Source: Chloroflexota bacterium
Lineage (GTDB): Bacteria; Chloroflexota; Limnocylindria; P2-11E
DNA length: 64,000 nucleotides
Direction: 5' to 3'
Assembly: GCA_027310565.1 (NCBI GenBank)
Contig: DAIDAP010000016.1
Span: forward strand, 25,017-89,016
The notes beneath the pieces were generated by a model. That model did no database searches and was not told the origin of the DNA. It saw only the letters and a program-made list of their open reading frames with translations. A program made the translations under genes and the position numbers. Numbering within the stretch: position 1 is the first letter of the stretch; each line of letters begins with the position of its first letter. Positions 8,874 to 18,622 of this stretch are shown one piece after another.

Positions 8874-9842
8874 CTAGGCCGGCGCGGCGGCGCCGATCTC
8901 CAGCAGGTCGGTGAGGATGGCGTAGGCGACCTGGTCGACGTGCGGGTCGTGGAGCTGCACGACGACACGCCCGGCGAGATCGGTGTCGAGCACGAGGCCC
9001 ATCGAGAATCCGTCCACGGCGTGGAGGGGGTCGAGCGGCTCGACGCGCTCGGGTCCGAACGAGGCGGTGACGCCGGCCCCATCGCGGGCGATCGCGATGA
9101 GCGGGCGCACGCGCGCGCCCGACCGGGCCGCCGCCGCGGCGGCCTCACCGGCGGCCGCGTCGATCGTCCGGCGCGTCACGTCCTCCGGCCGGATGTCGGC
9201 GTCCATCAGGACGTTCGCCAGGATCGCCGCCTTCGCCGCCGCGTCGTGGCCCTCGAGGTCGTTGCGCGGATCGGCCTCGGCGATGCCCAGCCGCTGCGCC
9301 TCGGCGAGCGCGTCGTCGAACCGGGCGCCCTCCGCGCACCGGCTCAGGACGTGGTTGCAGGTGCTCGACACGATCCCACGGATGGCGCGGATCTCGGCGA
9401 GCGGCAGCGCGGCGCGCCGCAGCGTGAACACCGGAAGGCAATCCGCGAGCGTCGCCTCGAACCGGAGGAGCACGCCCCGCTCGCGCGCGAGCGCCTCGAG
9501 CTCGCGGTAGGCGCGCGCGATCGGTCCCTTGTTCGCGGTCACCACGTGCATACCGGCGTCCAGCGCTTCGCGGACGTGCGTGAGCGCCGGCTCGCCCGCC
9601 GCCGGATCGAGCGTCGTGACCTCCACGAGGACGTCGGCGGGGAGGTCGCGGATCGGCGGCAGCGCGCGCAGGGGCAGGTCGGTCCGGGCGAGCACCGTCG
9701 CGAGATCGATGCCGCGCGCGTCCACGACGGCGCCGTGGCGCTTCGTCCCGATCGCGGTGACGGTGAACGCCGCCCGCGTGCGCACGAGCATCCGCGCCAG
9801 CGCCCTCCCGACGCTGCCGAAGCCGAGGAGCGCGATCCGCAC
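8874..9842 (-). CDS. hom: Homoserine dehydrogenase (no ACT domain)
   Basis: LLGFGSVG, HVVTANKGP, FEAT, AEADPRNDLEGHDAAAK. Confidence 0.9.
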   Translation of the reverse strand: MRIALLGFGSVGRALARMLVRTRAAFTVTAIGTKRHGAVVDARGIDLATVLARTDLPLRALPPIRDLPADVLVEVTTLDPAAGEPALTHVREALDAGMHVVTANKGPIARAYRELEALARERGVLLRFEATLADCLPVFTLRRAALPLAEIRAIRGIVSSTCNHVLSRCAEGARFDDALAEAQRLGIAEADPRNDLEGHDAAAKAAILANVLMDADIRPEDVTRRTIDAAAGEAAAAAARSGARVRPLIAIARDGAGVTASFGPERVEPLDPLHAVDGFSMGLVLDTDLAGRVVVQLHDPHVDQVAYAILTDLLEIGAAAPA

Positions 9843-9881
9843 GCGGTGAACGCTAGACTCGATGCAAGATAGGCGTCTCGC

Positions 9882-9914
9882 GGGGCACCCCGGTCATTCC
9901 GGGGCGCCCCTTTT
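9882..9914 (+). terminator. Terminator-like hairpin in the pth leader
   Basis: GGGGCaCCCCGG-tcatt-CCGGGGcGCCCC-TTTT. Confidence 0.5.
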
Positions 9915-9934
9915 CGGCGTCCGGAGGGAGTCGC

Positions 9935-10552
9935 ATGGTCCGTCTCGCCAGGCTCTTCGAGCGCGGCGCGCCGCGGCGCGTCGACGTGCTCGTCGTCGGG
10001 CTGGGCAACCCCGGTGACGGCTACGCGGCCACGCGCCACAACGCCGGTTTCCAGGCGGCGGCGAGGCTCGCGAAGCGCGCGCGCCTCGAGTTCGCGCACA
10101 GGGCCGCCGAGTCGCGCATCGCCGAGGGGTCCCTCGGCACGCAGCGGATCGCGATCGCGCGCCCGCAGACCTTCATGAACGAGAGCGGCCGTGCGGTGCG
10201 CAAGCTCCTCGACCGCTACCGCCTCGACCCGGCCGCGATGCTCGTCGTGTACGACGACGTCGACCTGCCGCTCGGGAAGCTGCGGGTGCGCGAGCGGGGC
10301 GGGCCGGGGACGCACAACGGCATGCGGTCCATCGTTGCGGCGGTGGGCGAGGGTTTCCCGCGGGTGCGCATCGGCGTCGCGCCCGCGGACCCGCGGGCCG
10401 AGATTCGCGGCGACCTGGCCGACTACGTCCTCGAGCCGTTCGCCGCGGACGAGCGGGCCGAGGCGGAGCGAGCGGCCGACCGCGCCGCGGAGGCGCTCGA
10501 GGTCGCGGTCCGCGACGGCGTGCGGCGCGCGATGGACCGTTTCAATGGCTGA
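9935..10552 (+). CDS. pth: Peptidyl-tRNA hydrolase
   Basis: VGLGNPG, TRHNAGF, PQTFMNESG, VYDDVDLP, GTHNGMRS, RVRIGV. Confidence 0.96.
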   Translation: MVRLARLFERGAPRRVDVLVVGLGNPGDGYAATRHNAGFQAAARLAKRARLEFAHRAAESRIAEGSLGTQRIAIARPQTFMNESGRAVRKLLDRYRLDPAAMLVVYDDVDLPLGKLRVRERGGPGTHNGMRSIVAAVGEGFPRVRIGVAPADPRAEIRGDLADYVLEPFAADERAEAERAADRAAEALEVAVRDGVRRAMDRFNG

Positions 10553-13500
10553 CGCCACGCGGGCCGCGACGACCGCGCGGCTCGGCGGGATCCTCGCGCT
10601 CGCCGAGCGGAGCGAGCGCTTCGCGGACCTCGTCTCGCGGCTCGAGGAGCGCGCGACGCTCAACCTCGTCGAGGCGTCCGCCGGCGCGCGCGCGTTCGCG
10701 TGGGCCGCGCTCGCCGACGTCACCGGACGGACCGTCGTCGTCGTCGCGCCGGGGGAGGACCGCGCGCGGCGCTGGCGCGCGGAGCTGGCGGGCTGGCTCG
10801 GCGAGGAGCGCGTGCTCGCGTTCCCCGAGCGCGAGACGATGCCGTTCGAGGTGGGCGCGTCCTCCGCGGGCGCGGTCCACCAGCGGCTGCTCACGCTCTG
10901 GCGCGTGCACACGGCGCGCGAGCCGGTGGCGATCGTCGCGTCGCTGCGCGCGCTCCTCCAGCACACCGTCGCGCCCGACGACCTCCGCCGCCGCGGGCGC
11001 ACGCTGCGCGCGGGCGCGCGCGTGTCCTGGAACGAGACGGCCGCGTGGCTCTTCGACCTCGGCTACGAGCCGGTGGCCGAGGTGGACCAACCCGGGACGT
11101 TCTCGCGCCGCGGCGGCATCCTCGACGTCTACCCCACGTCGGCCGCGCTCCCGATCCGGATCGAGCTGTTCGGCGACGAGATCGAGACGATGCGCTCCTT
11201 CGATCCGGTGACCCAGCGCTCCCAGGAGACGGTCGAGTCGGTCGACGTGCTGCCGGCGCGCGAGTACTCGCTCGAGCGCGGCCCCGAGCTCGCCGAGCGG
11301 CTCGCCGCCGCAGGGTGGGAGCGCCTCGGCTCGGCGGCCGACGAGCAGGACCTGCGTCCGTACGCCACGCTCGTCGAGGCGCTGCGCGAGGGCCGCGACG
11401 CGCCCGGGCTCGACGCCTTCGCCTCCGCGCTCGGCGCATCGGCGTCGCTGCTCGACCACGTCGGCGAGCGCGCGTCGGTGATCTTCGAGGACTCCGTCGA
11501 GCTCGAGCTCGCGTACGACGCGCACGAGTCGCAGGCCGAGGAGCGCCGCGAAGAGCTCCGGTCGGCGGGGCTCCCGGTCGGGGCGTTCCCGCCGCCGTAC
11601 GTCCCGCGCGACCGCGTCGAGCGCTCTGCCGCGGAGCACGGCACGGTGCGCGTCGGACCCGGCGCCGGCGCGCTGCGGCTGGGATGGGGCGGCGTCACGT
11701 CGTACGCGGGCCGGCTCGACGCGTTCCTCGGCGAGGTCGCCGCGGCCGGGGCCGGGACACGCGTCGTCGCGACGCCGCAGGCCGCTCGCCTCGCCGAGCT
11801 CCTGGCGGATCGCGGCGTGTCCGTGGCGCCGCGCGACGCGATCGACGAGCCGCCCGCGGCGGGAGCGCTGGCGCTCGCGCACGTGCCGCTCGCGGAGGGC
11901 TTCGCGGTCCCCGAGCTGGACCTGCGCGTGTTCACCGACGCCGAGGTGTTCGGCTTCCGCAAGCCGCGCCACCCCGAGCGCCGGCGCCGCCGCGTCGCGA
12001 TCGGCTCGCTCCTCGCCGACCTGAAGCCCGGCGACCACGTCGTCCACGAGGACCACGGCATCGCGGTCTTCGAGCGCTTCCTGACCAAGGAGGTGGCGGG
12101 CGTCGTCCGCGAGTACCTCGAGCTCCGCTTCGCCGGCACCGACGTCGTGGCGCTCCCGACCGAACGGGTCGACCGCGTGACCCGCTACGTCGGCGGGACG
12201 CCGCCCGCGCTCTCGGCGCTCGGTGGACGCGAGTGGGCGGCGACGAAGCGGAAGGCGAGGAAGGCCGCGCAGGAGATCGCCCAGGAGCTGCTCCGTCTGT
12301 ACGCGGCGCGCGAGACGGTCCACGCGTACGCGTTCGGACGCGACACGCCCTGGCAGATCGAGATGGAGAACGCGTTCCCGTACACGGAGACGCCCGACCA
12401 GCTCCAGGCGATCGACGACACCAAGCGCGACATGGAGCGCGCGCGACCGATGGACCGGCTCATCGTCGGCGACGTCGGCTACGGCAAGACCGAGGTCGCG
12501 CTGCGGGCCGCGTTCAAGGCGGTGCAGGACGGCAAGCAGGTCGCCGTGCTCGTACCGACGACGGTGCTCGCGCAGCAGCACCTCGAGACCTTCAGCGAGC
12601 GCCTCGCGACCTTCCCGGTGCGCGTGGCGATGCTCTCGCGGTTCCGCGCGCCGGCCGAGCAGCGCGAGGTCGTCGCGCAGCTCCTGACCGGCGAGGTCGA
12701 CGTCGTCATCGGCACGCACCGGCTGCTGCAGAAGGACGTGCGCTTCCGCGACCTGGGGCTGCTGGTCATCGACGAGGAGCACCGCTTCGGCGTGAAGCAC
12801 AAGGAGCGCCTGAAGCAGATGCGCACCGAGGTGCACGTCCTGTCCATGACCGCGACGCCGATCCCGCGGACGCTGCACATGGCGCTCTCGGGTGTGCGCG
12901 ACATCAGCGTGATCGAGACGCCGCCGGAGGACCGGCAGCCGATCGAAACCCACGTCGTCGAGCGGACCGACGACGTCCTGCGCGAGGCGATCCTCCGCGA
13001 GCTGGACCGCGGGGGGCAGGTCTACTACGTGCACAACCGCGTGCAGGGGATCGAGCACGAGGCGGCGCGGCTGCGGCAGATCGTGCCGAACGCGCGGCTC
13101 GTCGTGGCGCACGGTCAGATGGACGAGCGCAGCCTCGAGCGTGTCATGGTCGAGTTCGCCGACGCCGAGCACGACGTCCTCGTCTGCACGACGATCATCG
13201 AGTCGGGGCTGGACATCCCCAACGTGAACACGATCGTCGTCAACCGCGCGGGGCAGCTCGGCCTCGCGCAGCTCTACCAGCTGCGCGGCCGGGTCGGGCG
13301 CAGCGCCGCGAAGGCCTACGCGTACCTGCTGTACGCGAAGCAGGAGCGTCTCACCGAGGACGCGCGCAAGCGCCTCCAGGCGGTGTTCGAGGCGAGCGAG
13401 CTCGGCGCGGGGTTCAAGATCGCGATGCACGACCTGGAGATCCGCGGCGCGGGCAACATCCTCGGCGCCGAGCAGCACGGGCACGTCGCGGCGGTCGGCT

Positions 13501-13994
13501 TCGAGCTGTACGCGCAGATGCTCGAGGAGGCGGTGAACGAGGAGCGGGGTGCGCCGCGGCGCGAGGCGCTGCCCGAGGTCGTCGTCGACCTCGCGCTTTC
13601 GACGGCGATCCCCGACGAGTACGTGCCGAGCCGTCAGCGCAAGCTCGAGCTGTACCGGCGCATCGCCGAGCTGCGCACGCTCGAGGAGCTCTCCGCGCTG
13701 CGCGACGAGCTGCGCGACCGCTACGGGCCGCCGCCGGACGCGCTGCGCAACCTCCTGTACGGCGTCGAGGTGAAGCTCCGCGCCCTCGCCGCCGGCGCGA
13801 CCGAGGTCCGCGCGCGCGGGCCGGAGCTGCGCCTCGTGCTCGGCCGCGACCTCACCCCGGCGCAGCGCGGCGCGCTCGGCAAGGCCTTCCCGAAGGCGCG
13901 GGCCGGCCAGCGCCAGGTGCGCCTCTCGGTGCTCGACACGCGCGGGGATTGGCGCGACGCGCTCACCCGCCTGCTCACGGTCGTCGCGGCGTGA
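10545..13994 (+). CDS. mfd: Transcription-repair coupling factor
   Basis: RRGGILDV, CarD-like VVHEDHGI, GDVGYGKTEVA, DEEHRFGV, TATPIPRT, QLRGRVGR, DLEIRGAGN; ATG 10545 overlaps pth. Confidence 0.97.
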   Translation: MADATRAATTARLGGILALAERSERFADLVSRLEERATLNLVEASAGARAFAWAALADVTGRTVVVVAPGEDRARRWRAELAGWLGEERVLAFPERETMPFEVGASSAGAVHQRLLTLWRVHTAREPVAIVASLRALLQHTVAPDDLRRRGRTLRAGARVSWNETAAWLFDLGYEPVAEVDQPGTFSRRGGILDVYPTSAALPIRIELFGDEIETMRSFDPVTQRSQETVESVDVLPAREYSLERGPELAERLAAAGWERLGSAADEQDLRPYATLVEALREGRDAPGLDAFASALGASASLLDHVGERASVIFEDSVELELAYDAHESQAEERREELRSAGLPVGAFPPPYVPRDRVERSAAEHGTVRVGPGAGALRLGWGGVTSYAGRLDAFLGEVAAAGAGTRVVATPQAARLAELLADRGVSVAPRDAIDEPPAAGALALAHVPLAEGFAVPELDLRVFTDAEVFGFRKPRHPERRRRRVAIGSLLADLKPGDHVVHEDHGIAVFERFLTKEVAGVVREYLELRFAGTDVVALPTERVDRVTRYVGGTPPALSALGGREWAATKRKARKAAQEIAQELLRLYAARETVHAYAFGRDTPWQIEMENAFPYTETPDQLQAIDDTKRDMERARPMDRLIVGDVGYGKTEVALRAAFKAVQDGKQVAVLVPTTVLAQQHLETFSERLATFPVRVAMLSRFRAPAEQREVVAQLLTGEVDVVIGTHRLLQKDVRFRDLGLLVIDEEHRFGVKHKERLKQMRTEVHVLSMTATPIPRTLHMALSGVRDISVIETPPEDRQPIETHVVERTDDVLREAILRELDRGGQVYYVHNRVQGIEHEAARLRQIVPNARLVVAHGQMDERSLERVMVEFADAEHDVLVCTTIIESGLDIPNVNTIVVNRAGQLGLAQLYQLRGRVGRSAAKAYAYLLYAKQERLTEDARKRLQAVFEASELGAGFKIAMHDLEIRGAGNILGAEQHGHVAAVGFELYAQMLEEAVNEERGAPRREALPEVVVDLALSTAIPDEYVPSRQRKLELYRRIAELRTLEELSALRDELRDRYGPPPDALRNLLYGVEVKLRALAAGATEVRARGPELRLVLGRDLTPAQRGALGKAFPKARAGQRQVRLSVLDTRGDWRDALTRLLTVVAA

Positions 13995-14698
13995 TCTGGG
14001 TGTTCGTCGTCCTCCTGGTGAGCTGGGGCAACGTCGGATCGTCCCTGCTCGCACCGACCGCGCTCCTGCCGGGCGGAAGCCCGGCGTTCGTCGCCGCCGG
14101 AGCCGGCCTCTCGGCGCTCGCGCTCGTCGTCGCGAGGGCCGCCGGCCTCGACCGGAGCGCGCTCGGGCTCGCGCGCGCCGGGATGTGGCGCGGCGCCGCG
14201 GTCGGCCTCGTCTCCGGCGCGGCGATCGCCGCGGCGGGCATCCTCGCGCTCCAGGTCGCGCCGCTGGTCACCGGTGCGCCGGTCGTCTACGAGCCGCTGC
14301 GCTCGGTGAGCGGGCCCGAGCTTGCGGCGCACATCCTCCTGTTCCTGCCTCTGGCGACCGTCCTGCCCGAGGAGCTCGCCTTCCGCGGCGTCCTCGTCGG
14401 CATGCTCGGTCGGACCGGCCCGGGTGCCGCGCTCCTCGGCTCCGCGGCGGCGTTCGCGCTCTGGCATGGCGCGGTCGCGCTGGCGACGGTCGACCGGACG
14501 ACGCTCGCGTCGACCGCCTGGGTCGCGCCGGCGGTCGCCGGCGCGCTCGCCGTCGTGTTCGTCGGCGGGCTCGTCCTCGCCTGGCTGCGCCTCGCGACCG
14601 CGACGCTCGGCTCGGCGATCGCGGCGCACTGGGCCTTCAACGCGACCCTCCTCCTCGGGCTGTGGATGCTCCTCCCGCGTCCGGGAGGCGCCGGCTGA
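13991..14698 (+). CDS. CPBP (CAAX/Abi) family intramembrane metalloprotease
   Basis: EELAFRG, FALWH, AHWAFN; GTGA overlap with mfd. Confidence 0.88.
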   Translation: MIWVFVVLLVSWGNVGSSLLAPTALLPGGSPAFVAAGAGLSALALVVARAAGLDRSALGLARAGMWRGAAVGLVSGAAIAAAGILALQVAPLVTGAPVVYEPLRSVSGPELAAHILLFLPLATVLPEELAFRGVLVGMLGRTGPGAALLGSAAAFALWHGAVALATVDRTTLASTAWVAPAVAGALAVVFVGGLVLAWLRLATATLGSAIAAHWAFNATLLLGLWMLLPRPGGAG

Positions 14699-15324
14699 TG
14701 CGCCTCGGGGTCGACCTGGACGACGTGATCGCGATCTGCGCGGTGCCGTACCTGCGTCGCTTCGCGCAGGAGTACGGCGTCGAGCTTCCCGACGAGCGGG
14801 AGATCGGCTGGCACCTGCTGCGCGAGATGGACGCGCGCGTGCCGCCGGACGAGCGCGACCGGTTCCGGATGAAGCTCTACGGCGGCACGTTCTTCAGCGA
14901 GCTCGACATCTACGAGGACTGCCCGACCGTGCTGGAGCGCCTCGTGCAGCGCGGCCACGAGATCTACTTCATCACCGCGCGCAACGAGCGGCGCCGGATG
15001 GTGACCGAGACGTGGCTGCGCGAGAAGGGCATCCTCCAGCACGCCAGGGCCGTCCACCTGAAGCCGCACGGCGAGTTCCGGCCCGACTACCCGCGCGGCC
15101 GGTACGACCCGGAGAGCTCCGCGGTCTACAAGCTGGGCCTCGCGCAGGAGCTGCGGCTCGAGGCGTTCTGCGAGGACGACGTCGTCATCGCGCGTACGCT
15201 CGCCGAGAACGGCGTCCGGGTGCTCCTCTTCGACCAGCCCTGGAATCGCCAGGTCGCGCACCCGCGCATCACGCGCGTCGCCGGATGGTCCGCGGTGGGG
15301 GACCTCCTGCTCGGCGGCCCGTGA
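14698..15324 (+). CDS. HAD-superfamily 5'(3')-nucleotidase-like protein (NT5C type)
   Basis: GVDLDDV, FITAR, TETWL, CEDD, LFDQPWN. Confidence 0.8.
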   Translation: MRLGVDLDDVIAICAVPYLRRFAQEYGVELPDEREIGWHLLREMDARVPPDERDRFRMKLYGGTFFSELDIYEDCPTVLERLVQRGHEIYFITARNERRRMVTETWLREKGILQHARAVHLKPHGEFRPDYPRGRYDPESSAVYKLGLAQELRLEAFCEDDVVIARTLAENGVRVLLFDQPWNRQVAHPRITRVAGWSAVGDLLLGGP

Positions 15325-15932
15325 CGACGACCCTGTACGTCGTCCGCCACGGCGAGAGCGAGGCGAACGCCGCCGGCGTCTTCTCCGGCCGGCGCGACAG
15401 CCCGCTCACGGCGCGCGGCCGCGAGCAGGCCGAGGCCCTCGCCGCGACGCTCGCGGACGTGCGCTTCGACCGCGTCGTCGCGACGCCGCTCTCGCGCTCG
15501 CTCGACACCGCGCTCGCCGTCGCGCGGCGCCGGAGGATGCCGGTCGACGTCGTGCGCGATCTCATCGAGATCGACGTCGGCGACCGCACCGGCGCGCCGT
15601 TCGACGAGGTGCGCGGCCTGCCCGCCTGGCGCGACGACGCGTTCGTCGCCTGGCCGAACGGCGAGACGCTCGAGCAGGTCCTCGAGCGCGCGCTGCGCGC
15701 GGTGCGCCGCCTCGCGCGGGAGACGCCCGGCGGCGCGATCCTGGTGATAGGGCACGGCGGCGTCACGCGCATCCTCGTCTCGCACTACCTCGGGATCCTC
15801 CCGCGCCTGGACCGCACGCCGGCGACGAACACGAACCTCACGGTCATCGTGACCGACGGCGAGACCGGCCGGGTGGAGCGGCTCTTCGTGCCCGCACCCG
15901 CCGCGTGGCGGGAAGGCAGCGGGACGCATTAG
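15321..15932 (+). CDS. Histidine phosphatase (phosphoglycerate mutase) family protein
   Basis: VVRHGE, PLTARGREQA, PNGET, IGHGG. Confidence 0.9.
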   Translation: MTTTLYVVRHGESEANAAGVFSGRRDSPLTARGREQAEALAATLADVRFDRVVATPLSRSLDTALAVARRRRMPVDVVRDLIEIDVGDRTGAPFDEVRGLPAWRDDAFVAWPNGETLEQVLERALRAVRRLARETPGGAILVIGHGGVTRILVSHYLGILPRLDRTPATNTNLTVIVTDGETGRVERLFVPAPAAWREGSGTH

Positions 15933-15941
15933 TCTTCCGCC

Positions 15942-16469
15942 GTGGCGACCGAGACGGGCGACCTCGCCGCGCGCATCCGCGACGTCCCGGACTTCCCCAA
16001 GCCCGGGATCCTGTTCAAGGACATCACGACGCTGCTGAAGGACGGGCCGGCGTTCCGCGCGGCCGTCGACGGGCTGCTCGCCAAGGTCGGCAAGCGCGAC
16101 ATCGACAGCGTCGTCGGCATGGAGTCGCGGGGCTTCATCTTCGGCGCGCCCATCGCCTACCGGCTCGGCGTCGGCTTCGTCCCGGTCCGCAAGCTCGGCA
16201 AGCTTCCGGCGGACGTGGTGAGCGTCGAGTACGACCTCGAGTACGGCTCGGCGACGCTCGAGATGCACCGGGACGCGATCGGGAAGGGCGCGAAGGTGCT
16301 CATCGTGGACGACCTGCTCGCGACGGGCGGGACCGTGGCGGGCACGATCGAGCTGGTGAGGCAGCTCGGCGGCGAGATCGTCGCGTGCGCGTTCCTCATC
16401 GAGCTCACCGCGCTCAAGGGCCGGGAGAAGCTCGGTGCGCACGAGGTCGTTACACTCATCACGTACTGA
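15942..16469 (+). CDS. apt: Adenine phosphoribosyltransferase
   Basis: PDFPKPGILFKDITTLL, ESRGF, RKLGKLP, YDLEYG, VDDLLATGGT. Confidence 0.97.
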   Translation: MATETGDLAARIRDVPDFPKPGILFKDITTLLKDGPAFRAAVDGLLAKVGKRDIDSVVGMESRGFIFGAPIAYRLGVGFVPVRKLGKLPADVVSVEYDLEYGSATLEMHRDAIGKGAKVLIVDDLLATGGTVAGTIELVRQLGGEIVACAFLIELTALKGREKLGAHEVVTLITY

Positions 16470-16494
16470 GCGATCGCGACCGGCGGAGGCCCGC

Positions 16495-16522
16495 TTGGTC
16501 CTTTTACGATAAGGAGGACCGA
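16495..16522 (+). promoter_or_regulatory. SD-sequestering fourU-like hairpin
   Basis: GGTCCTTTT-acgata-AGGAGGACC: four U pair with AGGA of the SD of the GNAT gene. Confidence 0.4.
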
Positions 16523-17349
16523 TGACCGCGGCCCCGTTGCTCCCGGAGATCCGTGTCGACGAACAGGTTCCGGCCGAGCGCATCCGCGCGTTCTTCTCGC
16601 GTGACCGCCTGCTCGCCGCCTACGCGCTCGCGGACCTCGACGCGGCCGACACCGAGCAGGCGCGGTGGTGGGTCGCGCGGCACGGCGACGACGTCGTGGC
16701 CGCCGCGCTGGTGGTCGAGGCGCTGCCCTTCCGTCCGTGCTTCGCGATGGGCGAGTCCGCCGCGCTCGGGCTCATCTTCCACGACGGCATCCGCGAGCCG
16801 CGCCTCGTCGTGGCGGTGCCGCCCCGGTGCCGGCCGGCGGTCGAGACCGCGTTCCGGTTCGAGCGTGTGGACCTGATGCACCGCATGGCCGTCGACGTGG
16901 CGTCGTTCCGCCCGCGCGTCGCGCACGCCGTGACGCATCTCGCCGCCGAGCACCTCGAGGACGTCATCGACCTCTACGGCCACGCGTCGCGCTCGTACTT
17001 CACGCCGGCGCGGCTCGAGCGGGAGATCTACTACGGCATCTACGTCGGCGGCGACCTCGTCTCGGCCGCGGGCACGCACGTCCGGTCCGAGGTGTCGGGG
17101 CTCGCCGCCGTGGGCAACGTGCTCACGCGCCTCGGGTACCGCGACCGCGGCATGGCGACGAGCTGCACCTCGGCCGTCACGGCCGCCGCGCTCGAGCTGC
17201 ACCGCGACGTGGTCCTGAACGTGCGGCAGGACAACGCGCCGGCGATCGCGGTCTACGACCGTCTCGGCTACCACGTCCACGCGCCGTTCATCGAAGGGCC
17301 GGCGGTACGCCGCTCGGCCTGGGATCGACTGCTTGGGAGGGTGCGATGA
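16522..17349 (+). CDS. GNAT family N-acetyltransferase (C-terminal FR47-like domain)
   Basis: [40 protein letters not shown]. Confidence 0.88.
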   Translation: MTAAPLLPEIRVDEQVPAERIRAFFSRDRLLAAYALADLDAADTEQARWWVARHGDDVVAAALVVEALPFRPCFAMGESAALGLIFHDGIREPRLVVAVPPRCRPAVETAFRFERVDLMHRMAVDVASFRPRVAHAVTHLAAEHLEDVIDLYGHASRSYFTPARLEREIYYGIYVGGDLVSAAGTHVRSEVSGLAAVGNVLTRLGYRDRGMATSCTSAVTAAALELHRDVVLNVRQDNAPAIAVYDRLGYHVHAPFIEGPAVRRSAWDRLLGRVR

Positions 17350-18620
17350 CCATTTCACCGACGAGCGCGTCCGACGTCGCCGACCTGTCGCTGGCGGAGG
17401 CCGGCGCGAAGCGCATCGCCTGGGCGCGGCGAGAGATGCCGGTGCTGGGCCGCATCCGCGAGCGCCTCGCGAAGGAGCGGCCGTTCCGGGGCCTGCGCAT
17501 CGGCGCGTGCCTCCACGTCACCGCCGAGACCGCGAACCTCATGCTCGTGCTGCGCGACGGCGGCGCCGAGGTCGCGCTCTGCGCCTCGAATCCGCTCTCG
17601 ACGCAGGACGACGTCGCGGCGTCGCTCGTCGCGAACGAGGGCGTCGCCGTCTTCGCTCGCAAAGGCGAGGATCGCGATACCTACTACGCGCACATCAACG
17701 CGGTGCTCGCGACCTCGCCCCAGATCACCATGGACGACGGCGCCGACCTCGTCACCGAGCTGCACACCAAGCGCCGCGAGCTCCTCGCGGCGGTCCGCGG
17801 CGGGACCGAGGAGACGACCACCGGCGTGAACCGCCTGCGGGCGATGGCCGCGGAAGGCGTGCTGGCGTACCCGATCGTCGCGGTGAACGACGCGCAGACG
17901 AAGCACCTCTTCGACAACCGCTACGGGACGGGGCAGTCGGCGGTGGACGGGATCGTCCGCGCGACGAACCTGCTCATCGCGGGGAAGACCGCGGCGGTCG
18001 CGGGATACGGCTGGGTCGGCCGCGGCATCGCGTCGCGCCTGCGCGGCATGGGCGCGATCACGCTCGTCTGCGAGGTCGACCCGCTCCGCGCGCTCGAGGC
18101 GGCGATGGACGGGTTCGAGGTCACGACCGTCGTCGACGCCGCGTCGCGGGCGGACCTCATCGTCACCGCGACGGGCAACGTGAACGTCGTCGGCCCCGCC
18201 GCGATCGGCGCCCTGAAGGGCGGCGCGATCCTCGCGAACGCCGGGCACTTCAACGACGAGATCGACCTCGGCACGATCGGGCGCCTCGCCGCCGAACAGC
18301 GGGAGCTCCGGCCGCTCGTGCACGAGTACCGCCTGCGGGACGGCCGTGCGGTCATCGTGCTCGCCGAGGGGCGCCTGGTGAACCTCGCCGCCGCCGAGGG
18401 TCACCCGCCCGCGGTCATGGACATGTCGTTCGCGAACCAGGCGCTCGCGGTCGAGCACCTGGTGAAGAGGGCACAGGAGCTCGAGCCGCGCGTGTACGCT
18501 GTGCCGCGCGAGCTCGACGAGGACATCGCCCGTGAGAAGCTCGAGGCGATGGGTATGAAGATCGACGCGATGACCGACGAGCAGCGGACGTACGCGAGCT
18601 CGTGGAAGGCAGGCACCTAG
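17346..18620 (+). CDS. ahcY: Adenosylhomocysteinase
   Basis: [62 protein letters not shown]. Confidence 0.97.
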   Translation: MTISPTSASDVADLSLAEAGAKRIAWARREMPVLGRIRERLAKERPFRGLRIGACLHVTAETANLMLVLRDGGAEVALCASNPLSTQDDVAASLVANEGVAVFARKGEDRDTYYAHINAVLATSPQITMDDGADLVTELHTKRRELLAAVRGGTEETTTGVNRLRAMAAEGVLAYPIVAVNDAQTKHLFDNRYGTGQSAVDGIVRATNLLIAGKTAAVAGYGWVGRGIASRLRGMGAITLVCEVDPLRALEAAMDGFEVTTVVDAASRADLIVTATGNVNVVGPAAIGALKGGAILANAGHFNDEIDLGTIGRLAAEQRELRPLVHEYRLRDGRAVIVLAEGRLVNLAAAEGHPPAVMDMSFANQALAVEHLVKRAQELEPRVYAVPRELDEDIAREKLEAMGMKIDAMTDEQRTYASSWKAGT

Positions 18621-18622
18621 CG

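Noticed and set aside
8782-8877. Possible CTG-started 31-aa ORF after the phosphodiesterase
   Set aside because: No SD, no recognisable motif, low-complexity tail; cannot be supported.
10542-14054. Very long antisense and off-frame ORFs (e.g. 1170 aa opposite mfd, 1332 aa at 10700, 917 aa at 49600, 1006 aa at 53236)
   Set aside because: Shadow ORFs expected from high GC3 and rare stops; Arg/Ala/Pro-rich with no motifs. Only their 3' ends are real where a downstream gene shares the frame.
16470-18622. SAM or SAH riboswitch upstream of ahcY/metK
   Set aside because: Genes overlap or are 2 nt apart, and no S-box or SAH consensus is seen in the 52-nt gap before the GNAT gene.
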